Source: Zootoca vivipara
Lineage: Eukaryota
Direction of reading: 5' to 3'
DNA: 64,000 bases
Assembly (NCBI RefSeq): GCF_963506605.1
Contig: NC_083280.1
Coordinates: 20,708,001 to 20,772,000, forward strand
Shown piece after piece: positions 12,662-25,208 of the stretch. A program made the position numbers and the translations under genes. Under the pieces are notes generated by a model that was not told the origin of the DNA, made no database searches, and was given only the letters and a program-made list of their open reading frames with translations. Positions within the stretch are counted from its first letter, which is position 1, and every line of letters begins with the position of its first letter.

Positions 12662-12690
<29 letters not shown>
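12662..12690. repeat. (CA)n microsatellite
   Basis: Seen directly. Confidence 0.95.
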
Positions 12691-12692
<2 letters not shown>

Positions 12693-13936
12693 AGGCCACA
12701 TAGCTCAGTAAGAAACTATTCAGTTAGAAGCAGCTGTGGCTCCCAGTGGCTCTCATTCAGTTCAGTTGCACATATTTTTATTCTCTCCCCTCCTCATATA
12801 GGTGAATAACTGGAATCAGTGCCATTCCCTCCTCCAGGGAAATTTAAAACTCTGACGTTGGGCACATGGCTGGGATGAAGGCAAAATCAGACCACCCCCA
12901 CCCCAACCAACACTGACGTACAGTGAGATGGGGTCCTTAGGAAGCACATAGTGATGTACTGCCTATCCCTAGTGAAAACCCTACAATAAATGGACCTTCA
13001 GTGTCAGCCCCACCTGTGAAAAAAGCACGGGCATTTTGTTAACATTAAATAAGCACGACTGCGAAAAGCACCCTGCTTATAATCAAAGATGTGGAATGCT
13101 AATATTAAACAGATAAATTAAGCAACAAGCCTTGGGAGGCTTTCAGTTATAATTTATCCTAATTGGAAAAACAGCAACTGCGCAGACACACTTTTTCCAC
13201 GTCGCTCATTTGCTACACATGTGCCACAAGATCAAATGAAACTTTCAGAAGACATGAGCATATATATCCCAGAAGAACACAAATTGCCATGTGGCAACAT
13301 GTGGTACAAGAACATGGTTTTACTTTAATTCAAGTAATGATCCATCACGAGGAACCACACAGAAGTTTGTTATACATCCAGCTGTACCGTAAAAATATAT
13401 AACTGCAACTGCTGGCAAATAAAAGAAATGCAGATTTACAGGAAACTACTATACTCTGTGCCATGACCCCAAAGTAGCTCAAGGAATCCATGATCTCCCT
13501 ACACTATTGATAGTTTACAGCTGGATTCCCAGCAGAGATAACAAAATCGGTGTGGGTTACAAAATACTTTGACTCTTCTGATAGGTGAAATGTTCTTGCT
13601 TTGGTTTCTTGTGCAGTTTTTGCTATGTATGATAGATTCATGTTTACCGATTCTTAAAAACATGTTTTGGCGGTTTGTGTTTGTTTCAGTACTAGAACAA
13701 ATCCATCTTGAAAAATTAGGGAAATCTCATTATCTGCCTAAGGGGTCACTCGTATCTACAGCCTTAAGTCTCTGAAGAAAAGCTTAGGATACAGTTAACA
13801 TGGAGATTCAAATGCTTGCTTCGTGCTACTAGTTCTCTTCACTGTTATTTGTAAAATTCCCTTTCTCAAAGAAATCACCATTAAGAATCACTTGGAGTCA
13901 ATCTGATCTTGTTCATACAGATGAACAAATTGACAA

Positions 13937-14040
13937 GTAGTAGTAGTAGTAGTAGTAGTAGTTGTTGTTGTTGTATAACCCACCCATCCGACTGGGTTAC
14001 CCCAGCCACTAAGAGCAACTTCCAACATATATAAAAACAT
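13937..14040 (-). mobile_element. L2-family extreme 3' end with (TAG)n(TTG)n tail
   Basis: ccacccatccgactgggttaccccagccact resembles the L2 terminus at 3241-3280. Confidence 0.6.
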
Positions 14041-14130
14041 AAAAATAGTTGTTGGTTTTTTTTTAAAAAAAGAAAATCAGACAAACAACAGTTGGCTCAT
14101 TTCCCAGTGGCTGCTGTTTATTTCATAGCA

Positions 14131-14393
14131 GGTAAGGTCCCCTGGATGGTTAAGTCCGGTCAAAGGCGACTAGGGGTTGCGGCGCTCATCTCACTTTTCA
14201 GGCAGAGGGAGCCAGTGTTTGTCCGCAGACAGCTTCCTGGGTCATGCGGCCAGCATGACTAAACTGCTTCTGGAGCAACGGGACAGTGTGATGGAAACCA
14301 GAGCGCGTGGAAACACTGTTTACCTTCCTGATGCAGCGGTACCTATTTATCTACTTGCACTAGTATGCTTTTGAACTGCTAGGTTGGGTAGCA
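14131..14393 (-). mobile_element. 5'-truncated Sauria SINE
   Basis: Reverse-complement body ggggttgcggcgctcatctc...acctatttatctacttgcac. tRNA head absent. Flanked by a 32-bp direct repeat. Confidence 0.88.
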
Positions 14394-14661
14394 ATTTCCC
14401 AGGGGCTACTGTTTATTTCATAGCATTCCATACTAGAATAGACACTGCAATACTGAGAGGTTGGGATAATATTTTATATGTGTAATGTTAATTTTTTAAA
14501 TTTTAAATAAAGCAAACATTAAACAAACAGATGCTCCGGCAAGGGAATCATAGTTCATTGCACACAGAAGGTCCCATCTTTAATCTCTGCCCTCTCCAGT
14601 ATGATACCAAGTGACTGGAAAGGATTCTGCTTGGAACCCTGGACAGCTAAAGCTGGTTGGT

Positions 14662-14732
14662 GGAAGGAAGGAAGGAAGGAAGGAAGGAAGGAAGGAAGGA
14701 AGGAAGGAAGGAAGGAAGGAAGGAAGGAAGGA
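14662..14732. repeat. (GGAA)n microsatellite
   Basis: Seen directly. Confidence 0.95.
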
Positions 14733-16798
14733 TTCTTCCATTTTTATGGGTGGGGTTAATGTGCTTAATGCTTTCATTGCCCTACAGCAGCTATGTTCTC
14801 TTAAATGCAAGCGCTCCGTTTGGGAGCTTTCCTTTTGTTGTGCCTCATTCAACCACGGAGAAGTTATACTACAATCAAGTGTTACATAATTTTTTTTGTT
14901 AAAATTTTTGATGTTAGCCTGTATCCATTGCATGTGTGCTGAACCACCAGGGACCAGTTTGACTCAAATTTGGGGGCATTTGCCTCTAACTGTGCTAGAC
15001 ATTCGGGTAGTAAAAAAGTGTTTAGCATTTAATATTCTGCTGTGAATCGTTTTACTTGAGTTCAATACTGTATTATTATATTGTTGTAGCCCGTCTTGGA
15101 GCTTTATGGTGAAGGGCGGGTAAGAAAGCCTATAAATACAATGACATTTGAAATTACCCCAAGATTGATATGACACAGGGAAGTAATCAAAACTTGATCT
15201 AGCAGGACAATTTGTTTACAGAATATACTTAATCCATCATTTGATATTCTGATTAAAAATGATTGACACTAGGCAAACAACAATTTGTACTTAATGGATT
15301 ACAGACTTGTTAACAAATACTCAAACATAATTTTGTGTTTGGCATTACATCCCACCACTTGTGTACCAGATGCCAGTGACCTCAAAAACCTTACAAAAGG
15401 CAGCAATTGTGAAGTTTGCAGATGTCATAAAATATCCGAAAGTAAGAATCAGATATACATGGTAGATGGTTATAACAGGAGAAATCAGGACAATTGTTAA
15501 GTTTCTCCTCTGCTAATGCAAATAATCTTAATGAGCATTTCCTCTTACCTCCATGCAGTATCCCATGTGCTACAAAAACAGAGCTGTTCACTCTTGGCTT
15601 CAGCCCATCCTGCCTATCTTAAATTAGAAATTATATTGGTAAGAAACCTTGAAAGCCCTGGCAAAAGGTGTAACAGCAAATAAACATTAGCTTCAGATAT
15701 AAGGAGGAAAGTTTGGCATCAGAAATATCCCCTTGCCATATGGAGAAACATGTTGACTTAAATTTGCTATTCTTGAGTGGGAGATCAGGAAAAAGGAGAA
15801 AGAAAAGCCAGAAATGGAAGAACAATGAACCTTGAGATAATTCCTTGTGACATGCGTAACAGCTGCCAAGGAGACAATCGTTTCACCAATCTCATAATAT
15901 GAAGTCCTCTTAGATCCATCTGTAAAGAAATAGGTTGTTCTAGCAGAACAGAGCTGTATGTAGCTCACAGAAGTACAAAACAGAATGGGTAGATTGTTTA
16001 CTTATCTTAAATAGTGTTAAATCAGAAGAATTTAAAATTATGAAATGTTTTAACAGCACACACACAAATTATAAGCACTTCATATTTACATTTCACCATA
16101 AACTGCTTGCTTAAAATGGCTTACATGATTTTTGAATAATGTTCACACTTAGGATCTGAACAACCCGGAAACGAATTCCAGAAAAAGGTAACAGCCACTC
16201 AGAAGACATCTCTACATGCCTCTGTTGTTCCTCAGAGAGGATGCAAAGAAGAGGATAGTATTAGCTGAGTGTAGGGATTGCATTAGAGGTGGTCACCAAG
16301 TTATACAGAGCCACATTCAGCAGCTTTTGTTTTAACTTCATCTACTAGGGATGAGAGAAAATTTCAAAGTAGTATTCTAGAACAATCACTACAGTTCTTA
16401 AGGCTGGGGTGGGGAACCCTCTCCTCCCCAACAATTAGGGTGTTTCTTTTAAGGCTTCCATAGGTGCCAGTGGAAGCTTTTTAGAAGCACAATTGCTGCA
16501 TGGGTGCATTTTCATATGAGGGTCTGCAGCTAAAGAACGAAGGGCATGTGCTGCCTCCCACCAGAAAACTGCTGCTCCTTTATCTAGGCAATTAGGCTTG
16601 AAAACAGCTTTCCTTTTGGAGCCAATTTGAGGCTTTTTTCAAGCCTAACTGCCAAGCAGGGCCGAGAAGGCAGCTAGGGAGTAAGATATTAACCCTCCCA
16701 GCACCGTGGGTTGCAGTCTTCAAGAAGATCACCACCTTAGCAATTTAGCTTGGGGGGAAAGCTCCAATGCTTTCTTCAAGCCTAATTGCTTGGTGGTG

Positions 16799-16961
16799 NN
16801 NNNNNNNNNNNNNNNNNNNNNNNNNNNNNNNNNNNNNNNNNNNNNNNNNNNNNNNNNNNNNNNNNNNNNNNNNNNNNNNNNNNNNNNNNNNNNNNNNNNN
16901 NNNNNNNNNNNNNNNNNNNNNNNNNNNNNNNNNNNNNNNNNNNNNNNNNNNNNNNNNNNNN
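16799..16961. other. Assembly gap (N run)
   Basis: Ns. Confidence 1.
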
Positions 16962-16988
16962 AATAAATTGCTGTGTGTTATATGCACA

Positions 16989-17124
16989 CAGTGCTGTTTT
17001 TCTAGAAAAAGAGGTGCCAGAACTCAACATGAACACCTACCTTGTTCTCTTATAGTGGCAATGGCACCCACCTGAGAGGTGCCAGAACTCAGTTCCAGTG
17101 AGCTCCGGCTGAAAAAAAGCCCTG
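16989..17124. mobile_element. Small hAT-like MITE nested in 16404-17289
   Basis: Termini cagtgctgtttttc and gaaaaaaagccctg. Internal repeat gaggtgccagaactca occurs twice. No clear TSD. Confidence 0.6.
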
Positions 17125-18397
17125 GTCATATGTGAGAACACATATGTGTGGGTTCTGTAAGTGTGTATGAGCAAAGAAGAGGTGTATCCACTTTTTACAT
17201 TGGCCCCACCCAACACTGGTACACAGATCTCAGAAAGTTAGTTATGAAAGAATATGGTGTTTTCACATAAAAAAGGTTCCCCACCCCTATCTTAAAGGAA
17301 CATTTTTTTGGGGGAAATGTTCAGTATTAGAATATGATGTGTTTGTGAAACAACTAAGACAGAGAAAAACTTTTTTCTTATACTTACAAAAAAACCTCAA
17401 ACCATGAAAGGCTTTTCATTCACAGAATGGCTTATTTATAGATCCCAGAGTGATTCATTAGCTCGACAAATGTGGACTATGAGAACTACAGCAGAACTGT
17501 AACCTGGTTTTTAAAAGTGCAGCTTTTCAAAGATTTTGATTCTCATCTCAGGGAATCCACTACGAACAATGTACAATTTTTTTTAAATGAGCCCTTCTTA
17601 TTTTGTATGTCACAAAGCATTAATTGACCACAACTGATAAATATTTGGTGAACTTTTGATGATTTGATTTTTTCCCCATCAGTGCCTGCAAAACTGATAA
17701 TTACATCTGAAACTTTTCATTCGGCAATCTTTGTTCTTTCTACAATCTAAGGGCAAGATCAACCTTTGCCCCACATACATGGAGGGCAGGCATAGCATGT
17801 GTAAAGACTGTGGGCAAGACCCAAGGCAATTTTTAAATATTGTATAGCACAAAGCACATGTATAGGGGATTTAAAAATAGCAAATTACAGTGACAACCAC
17901 CACCAGAAAACCTGCTTTGGAATGTTTCCAGTAAGTGCACCCTGACCTTTCAATATTGCTGCGCAGGTACTAAACTGAAGGAGGTCAAGGATTAAACATT
18001 TGTGTACTGTATAAAGCTGGCCAAATACATAGTAGCCTGTATGTTTCATACTGCATAATTCCAAGCAAACTAGAACAATCCATGGATATATCTATCAAAG
18101 CAAAGAGATAATGTCTTGACAGAATGTGTGCTGACAACCTGAACAATCAACATGCTTTGGCCCTAAAAATAGTGGGGTGGCTAGATGCATGTATAGGATG
18201 GGCATATAGACCTTCCTCCATTGTGCTACTAATGATTAGCATGCTGAGAGCCAACCACAAAGAGAGAGGGTGGATGGATTGTGTACCATGTTGGGTGTGT
18301 CTGTGTGTGATTGTGTTTGTCTGAATTAGCAAATGGGCTATATATGGCTCCATAATAGTTAGTTGAGCATGGCACTGATCATCCTGTGTTTGGAAGA

Positions 18398-18476
18398 AAC
18401 AAAATAATTCCTTCCAGTAGCACCTTAGAGATCAACTAAGTTGGTATGAGCTTTCGTGTGCATGCACACTTCTTCA
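18398..18476 (-). mobile_element. Penelope pseudo-LTR fragment with truncated hammerhead motif
   Basis: Reverse complement tgaagaagtgtgcatgcacacgaaagctcataccaacttagttgatctctaaggtgctactggaagg, near-identical to 40572-40602 joined to 40790-40832. Confidence 0.8.
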
Positions 18477-20366
18477 ATTTGCACACTTTGGAAGGTTTGC
18501 TGTGTTCCCTCAACTACCATCGGTGCCTAAATTTGGAGCAAGCAGCTTCACTTGTTGGTCTGCTTCACACACTGATCAATCTACCACCTTTATATTAGCT
18601 TTTTAATGTTAAAATTGTCATTTCCCCACTAGTTTTGAGCACATATTAGAACGACAAGCTTGATGTTATTCCTCTCCTTTAAATACACTACAGGGTGTTG
18701 CACTCACATAATGTATTGGTGTATTTAAAGGAAACTGTTTCTGGCAGTGATCAGGTAATAGTTTTTGACTGGATTGATTATTCACTGACAGTACTCAACT
18801 TAGCCTTGCAAATGCATCAACTATGTAATAAGGAACTATTAAGACCATTGATTTTCTGATTTCAATTGATAGCTAACAGGCCAAAGCTACACATCAATAT
18901 TTGCGTAACTAATACCCAAGAGCTAACAATTTTGACAAATGAAAACCTCAATAGGCCAAACAGTGCAAATAAATGGAAATTTAAGGCCTAACCCTCAGAA
19001 ATTTAAATGAGGTACTTATATTCATGATACATTTTAGTCTACAGGTATCTCATGCCAACATGAGTTAAGGGAATAGGCACATGGATACATATATTTTTTA
19101 ATCTAAAAGACAATATATAAAAAATGTAGGGGGGCCTGAGCAGAAGTCCATTTGCTGCTCTTAGCATCCAACCCATAACGTTTGAAGCCTTATGTAGAGA
19201 TGTGCTGCAGCATTATTAAAAATAATCATCTTCCAGGTAATTATAAAATATTTAAAGCCTTCTCTAAGAACCATGAATTTAAATGAAACCCGTAACTTGC
19301 CCAAGGTATTGCTGACCATCTGTTTATATAATTCACCTAAATGTTGAAGATGAGTTTAAGCTACTTATTCATGCACTTTAAGCACGTGGGATCTTATTTC
19401 CATAATTAATTACCTTGGGCTCCATTTAATAGAAATTCCATTGTGTTGCGATAATGACACAAGGAAGACAAATATGCCAGAAATATGCGAGAAAGCACAT
19501 ATAGTGGTATATCTAACTTGGGAGGACAAGGGCTGTATTAGAAATGTCCATGAACCCAATAATCAGAGGTTCCAGACAGTTCTCTGAAGCCAACTAGCAA
19601 TAAAGCAGCTGTAGAACATCTGTAGACTCTTAAGGAAGTCTCTTTCGGCCTGAAAAACCCTTTAAAACATATCAAACTAATAATATGGATTTATGTTTTC
19701 ATCTTGTGAGGTAGCTGCGGGTGCCCCTTGCAGTTTCTGCTAATCATCAAGGATAACAGTGTTTTAACACAAAATCTCCTTCACAGCCCATTTTCTTCAA
19801 TTTAGAACTTGCAATCAAGCCAATGCTAAATTGGTAAGACCGCAGTACTTCCAAAGCCAGATGTAATTTCACAAACAGATTTATGACTTTGCTGCATTAG
19901 GTCTGTGGAAAAAAAATGTTGTAAATAATGCAACTCTGAAATGATATCCTTTCAAACTGACAGCTATTACTTCAGATTTTCTGAAGCTTTGTATTTAAGA
20001 CCCACTACTGCTAAACCCTTAGTTTGTGACCATCAGCAGGATTGTAAAATAAGATCATTGGGCAGCCAATCAAGAACAAAGAACCACTAAGACATGCTTC
20101 TCTGCTGGCAGGAAGATGGTCGCACCCCCCCCCCGGCAATGTAAGACTGGATGTAACCTTTAGTCAAAATCAGACTGAATGTTAAGTCATTCTTTGATAG
20201 TAGAGACAATGTTTTAACACAGAATATCTGGATAATCAAATAAATTACAAATGGATCAAGGGAAAGTAGGAGAGAAAAGGTATGTGGACTGGGTGGAATT
20301 CTCCTCTCATGTCAATCAATGCAGACCCAATGCAGCCCTTCATTTCCAGAAATATCTAGTAGAAGA

Positions 20367-20555
20367 AGAGCCCTTCTGGATCAGGCCAGCCAGATCAGGC
20401 CATCCTCTTCTTACTGTGGTCAAGCAGATGCTTATGGGAAGCATGCAAGCAGGACCTTGCAGTTCCTAGCAATTGGTATTCAGGAAGATACTGCCTCCAA
20501 CAGTGGAGGCAGAATATAACCATCATGGCTACTAGCCACTGATAGCCTTATCCTA
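20367..20555 (-). mobile_element. CR1-type LINE 3' fragment
   Basis: gagcccttctggatcaggcc...catcatggctactagccactgatagccttatcc is the reverse complement of a lizard CR1 3' end. Confidence 0.6.
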
Positions 20556-23210
20556 AGGCTACATGGCGGCAGGGGTATCTCTACGACTGCAGGAAAATGG
20601 CCTTCACAAAGAGGAACTTTTTTTTTGTTAAGCTAGCTGGCTACTCTGCAATGGTAGGTACATGCAATGTACAGCCTGCCCCTGACCTTTACTGATCAAT
20701 AGAGCCCAATATTAAGGACACTTCTCATTTTTATAACCGTTAAAATGAAAACAGCTTTTAACAAATAGCAGAGGTTTCTTGACATATTGCCATTCCAGAG
20801 TTGCTATTTTCTCTCTTCCTTCTTTTTTAGAACTTCAGCTTCACAATATTATTATACAAGCAATCTCACATCTGGATATATTAGAAAAACACAAACCTAT
20901 AAAAATAGAGGAAGAATAAGGTCTTACTGGCAAAACCCTATCGTTGGTGATTAAAATATAAGCACGTTTTAATGCCTCACAAAAAATGTCTGTGATTTTT
21001 ATAATGATGAAATTGCAGTTGGTGAATTATTTATATCAGATCAGCACTTATTAAAATTTGTCCCTTTGACTTATATAATATTCCAAATAGTTAAACAAGC
21101 CATGATCAAGCACCACCACCAGGAGCCAATACATTAAAGGTAGCAATCTCTGCCCCTTTCTCACATCTGAAGAAAATGTGACTTTTCAGCTTTTCCTTCC
21201 AATCCAACCTCAACCATTCTGTGGTCATTATACTAAAAAAAATGGTGGCCCATCATTTTGGCAAGTCTATCACAAGTCGATTAATATGGAAGTACCACTC
21301 TAGAAACTGTTGCACAAGTACTGCAATGCACTTGGCAAAGTGTACAACAAGTAGTGTTTAATGATGACTGCACAACAAAAATAAGGAAACAGAAATAAAT
21401 TGTTCCATTGGAACCAATCCAATACACATTCTTAAATAAATCAGTCCTTTATTGATTCCATCTCCTCTCCCAATTTTACAGCTGGAGAACTGAGACAGAT
21501 AAGTAACTTACATCCAGGGTCATATAGCATATTCATGGCAAATAAAAAAGTTAAAAATTCAAGCACCCCACGAACAACTTACAACAGAAATATTAGACCT
21601 CAGATTAGTGATTTGCATACTTTATGGGTTGAGCTGGAGATACTGATCTGTATCAGTGATTGCAAGAGAGTTAGGAAACATCCTGTGAAATTTCACAGAT
21701 GTGGTGGTTATTTTGGGAACAAGGACAATTCCAGATACTCCTCAACAATCAACTTGCCAACTTCTCTCCCTCCCCCAATCAGTTCCCAGCCCATACTACT
21801 ATACAAAGAAGGGCCTACAAGAGATTTCTTTCCATTCTTGATGAGCTCCTGCTAACTGAACCTAACGTCCAAAACACACTAAAGAAAAACCATCTGACTC
21901 TATCAAAACATCTTCAGCTTGGCAATACTGCATAACTGAGAAGGCTAGGTAAAATGAAGTTCTGAAAGGGTGGGCAGGGAGGGGAAGGAAACTATGAAAT
22001 GGCCAATCATTCTTCTAACTACTAGATGAAAGGCAAAATTTAAAGTACACAAGAATATTCAGTCTAATTAGCAGCAGGTCAAGGTGAAGACGAAGAGCTT
22101 GCAGGAAGGAATCAGTTTATTTTATGTTTAAGAAGAAATCTTAAAATTTAAAAACTGAAAACAGGTGAAGATTTTTGTTTACATACCGTCATGCAATTTT
22201 TGGCAGCCATAATCCATAGTTAACCACAAACAACAGTTGCCACAGAATAACAATAAGACTTGACCAATATTAGCAGCATTTCTTAAGGTATTTCATTTTT
22301 TTGGGTGCATCTGTGTTCTAAATGTTGCTTTATATTAAGCTGAATATCTCAAATAATGTACACCATATTAATTAATCCATTTGTCATAAAATTACAATAA
22401 AAGATGAAACATACATAAAAGGAGATCACAGTATGTACCAGATGTTACAAATTCTCAAGACACTGGAAATTCAACACCAGGTGGTTATGTCGGCCTAATG
22501 AAGCAACATCTATACTCTCCAGGGACATGAAGGGTGCAGTTGGAGGCTCTCAGATATTGCTTAAAATATGCCATTTGTTAGGCATAAATTGAACAGTTTG
22601 AAATACTGCTTTTTGTATAGTGGAGCCATATATGTGTTTAATTTACACAACATCATATGGAGCGTTTGAGCCTGCTTTCATTCAAGTTAGATACTTTTGT
22701 TGCTTGAGCTTACAATTGATCAACCGATTTCGATTAATGAAGCAGTAACTTAACCATATGTTATCTAAAATTAAAATTGAATTTCTTGCAGAATATATAT
22801 ACACTATGTGTTAAAGGCCACACAGCCAGAGTTCAGGTCACTGCCATAACAATAAACTTCAATAAAATTAGCAGAACATAAAGTGCGACCTTTGGCAATC
22901 TCTAATGAACTTAAGGGCATCTAAATATATTTTCTTATCGTTGAGTACTGCACTCTAAGTTATTACAGCTATGTGTGCCACGTGGTATGACCTCATGCAA
23001 CTGAATCCTCCTGTAGCAAGTTATGCCTAGTTTTCAATGCCAATTGAACTAGGGAATAATATGAGCAGTAACAATCAGAAGAGTAAAGTAAAATGATTCC
23101 CATACCTTGCTAAATTTAAATCTAAACAAGGGAAGCCTATGTCTGGACTCTTGATGACCAGACCACAGACTCCTTGGGGGAGCAGGAGATCCCTGAGCCT
23201 TCCTCTAAGG

Positions 23211-23509
23211 CATGGGTAGGCAAACTTAGGCCCGGGGGCCGTATCTGGCCCAATTGCCTTCTAAATCCAGCCCACGGGCGGTCCAGGAATCAGCGTGTTT
23301 TTACATGAGTAGAATGTGTCCTTTTATTTAAAATGCATCTCTGGGTTATTTGTGGGGCCTGCCTGGTGTTTTTACATGAGTAGGATGTGTGCTTTTATTT
23401 AAAATGCATCTTTTCCGTTCTTTTTTCTTCTTCAAAATATAGTCTGCCCCCCCCCAAGGTCTGAGGGACAGTGGATTGGCCCCCTGCTGAAAAGGTTTGC
23501 TGACCTCTG
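23211..23509 (+). mobile_element. hAT-type MITE
   Basis: Termini catgggtaggcaaac and gtttgctgacctctg. 8-bp TSD ctctaagg/ctctaggg. Internal duplication of about 46 bp (gtgtttttacatgagtag...aaaatgcatct). Confidence 0.85.
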
Positions 23510-25208
23510 CTCTAGGGAGTCCTCACAGCTTCAAACTCCACTGTCTAGAAGAACACACTAGCCCTTTAACAGTCCAAGCGCAGCATAAAGCAGACAGGCT
23601 GTCATCTCTTCCAGTTGCTCTAAGAAACCACTGTGTATCTCCTGCCTTAGCTAACCTTGGTCATTATCCTTGCTTTGCCTACCCTATTCATCTGTTACCT
23701 CCCCTTTTGCTTCCTGGCCTACTCATTTCCACCTTGTTTTGGTTATCACCTTCCTTTGGTGGTGGACATCACTATGGATCAGGACATCATGTGGCTCAGT
23801 CCCTTTGCCCATGAGATCTGTAGATGCTTCATCTTGACTCGTCATCATACACAGCTTAATAAAACATGCAAGGCAAGTTAAAGAAGCATTCACTCAATCC
23901 ACGTGCTGCAGAGCATAATGCGAACTGACCTTGAATGTGCATCATTCAGCAATTTGCAGGGAATGGTGATTCAGATGTGTTAAATAAAAGGAAATTTCTA
24001 ACTGTTGTCCTTAATGTAATATGCTGAGTGTCCTTGTCCTGAGTTCTGTAAGTATCAGTATGTGATCAGTTATTCAGCACAAAATTACTAGGACAGAAAT
24101 GATGCACTGTATACCTATATGAAGTCTGTAGATTATCCAAAAGAGAACGTCTTTTGAAGTAACAGAAAGGTACTTCAAGTGAAAGTTAAAGATTATTTAA
24201 TGTTAGTGAAGAGTGGGTAAAATCCTTTAACTTATGGACTGAAGGAAGGAACGAGAAAAAAAAGTCAGAGCTATGAGATCACATTTAGCGGAAGTTACTG
24301 CATGAATATTGGTAAATAGTCTATAACACAAGCTACTCTCCCTTTCTTACACACATTGCTCTTGATAATATCTATACCAAGCAAACTTAAAATTAATGCA
24401 GTTTCTACATTCATCTAGCAAGCAAGAGCTAGATGAACCAAGAAACAAAAGATATGTACAGTGGTACCTTGGCTTACGAACAGCCTAGTTAACGAACTAT
24501 TTGGATCACGAACACTTCACCCCCGGAAATGAGTGTTCCGGTTTGCGTATTTCTTTTTTTTTTTGAATGCGAATGTGTGGGCTCTGACCGCGGCCCGGAA
24601 CTAGGCCCCACCGCCTGCGTGGCCTCAATTCGGCCTCCGCTGCCGGGCTCTGGCCATGGGAGGCCTCGGTATAGCTAGACTGCGCAACCCATGCAGCCCA
24701 GATTCAGCCTGGGGAAGAAGCCGGGGGAAGAAGGCATCAACCGCAGAAGGCCTACCAGGCTGCACCGCAGCCCTCATCCCGCCCCCAAAGCCGCGGAAGA
24801 AGGGCCGGACATAGGAGGCCCAGCTGGCCGCACCGCAGCTCCAAACCCCGACGAGGAACACTTACCTAACCAAGACCAAGAGCGAAGTCCAGCGGTGAAC
24901 CTGGTAAGAAAACAAAGTGAGCCTGGGCCGAAAAGCATCAGCCCTTTACTGGCCCTCGCCCCACCCCCAGCTGGTAGCAAGGTGAATGGCACCTGGCCAG
25001 GTAAGCCCACCCACCCTGTGGGAGGGGGTGAGTGGAAAATTTTGGGATTCTGCCATGTTCCTTTGTTTTTGGGAGTCTGCCTTGTGCCTTTGTCTCTGCT
25101 TTCCTCCTTCTTTTTGGGGATTTTTGGGGGACTCCGCCTTGTGCCATTGTTTTGGGGACTGTGTGGAACCCAGTTCACCTACTTATTGATTGACTGTGGG
25201 ATTGCTGA

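Larger units (their letters stand above)
16404..17289 (+). mobile_element. Older hAT-type element spanning an assembly gap
   Basis: TIRs ctggggtggggaacc and ggttccccaccccta. 8-bp TSD tcttaagg/tcttaaag. Confidence 0.65.
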
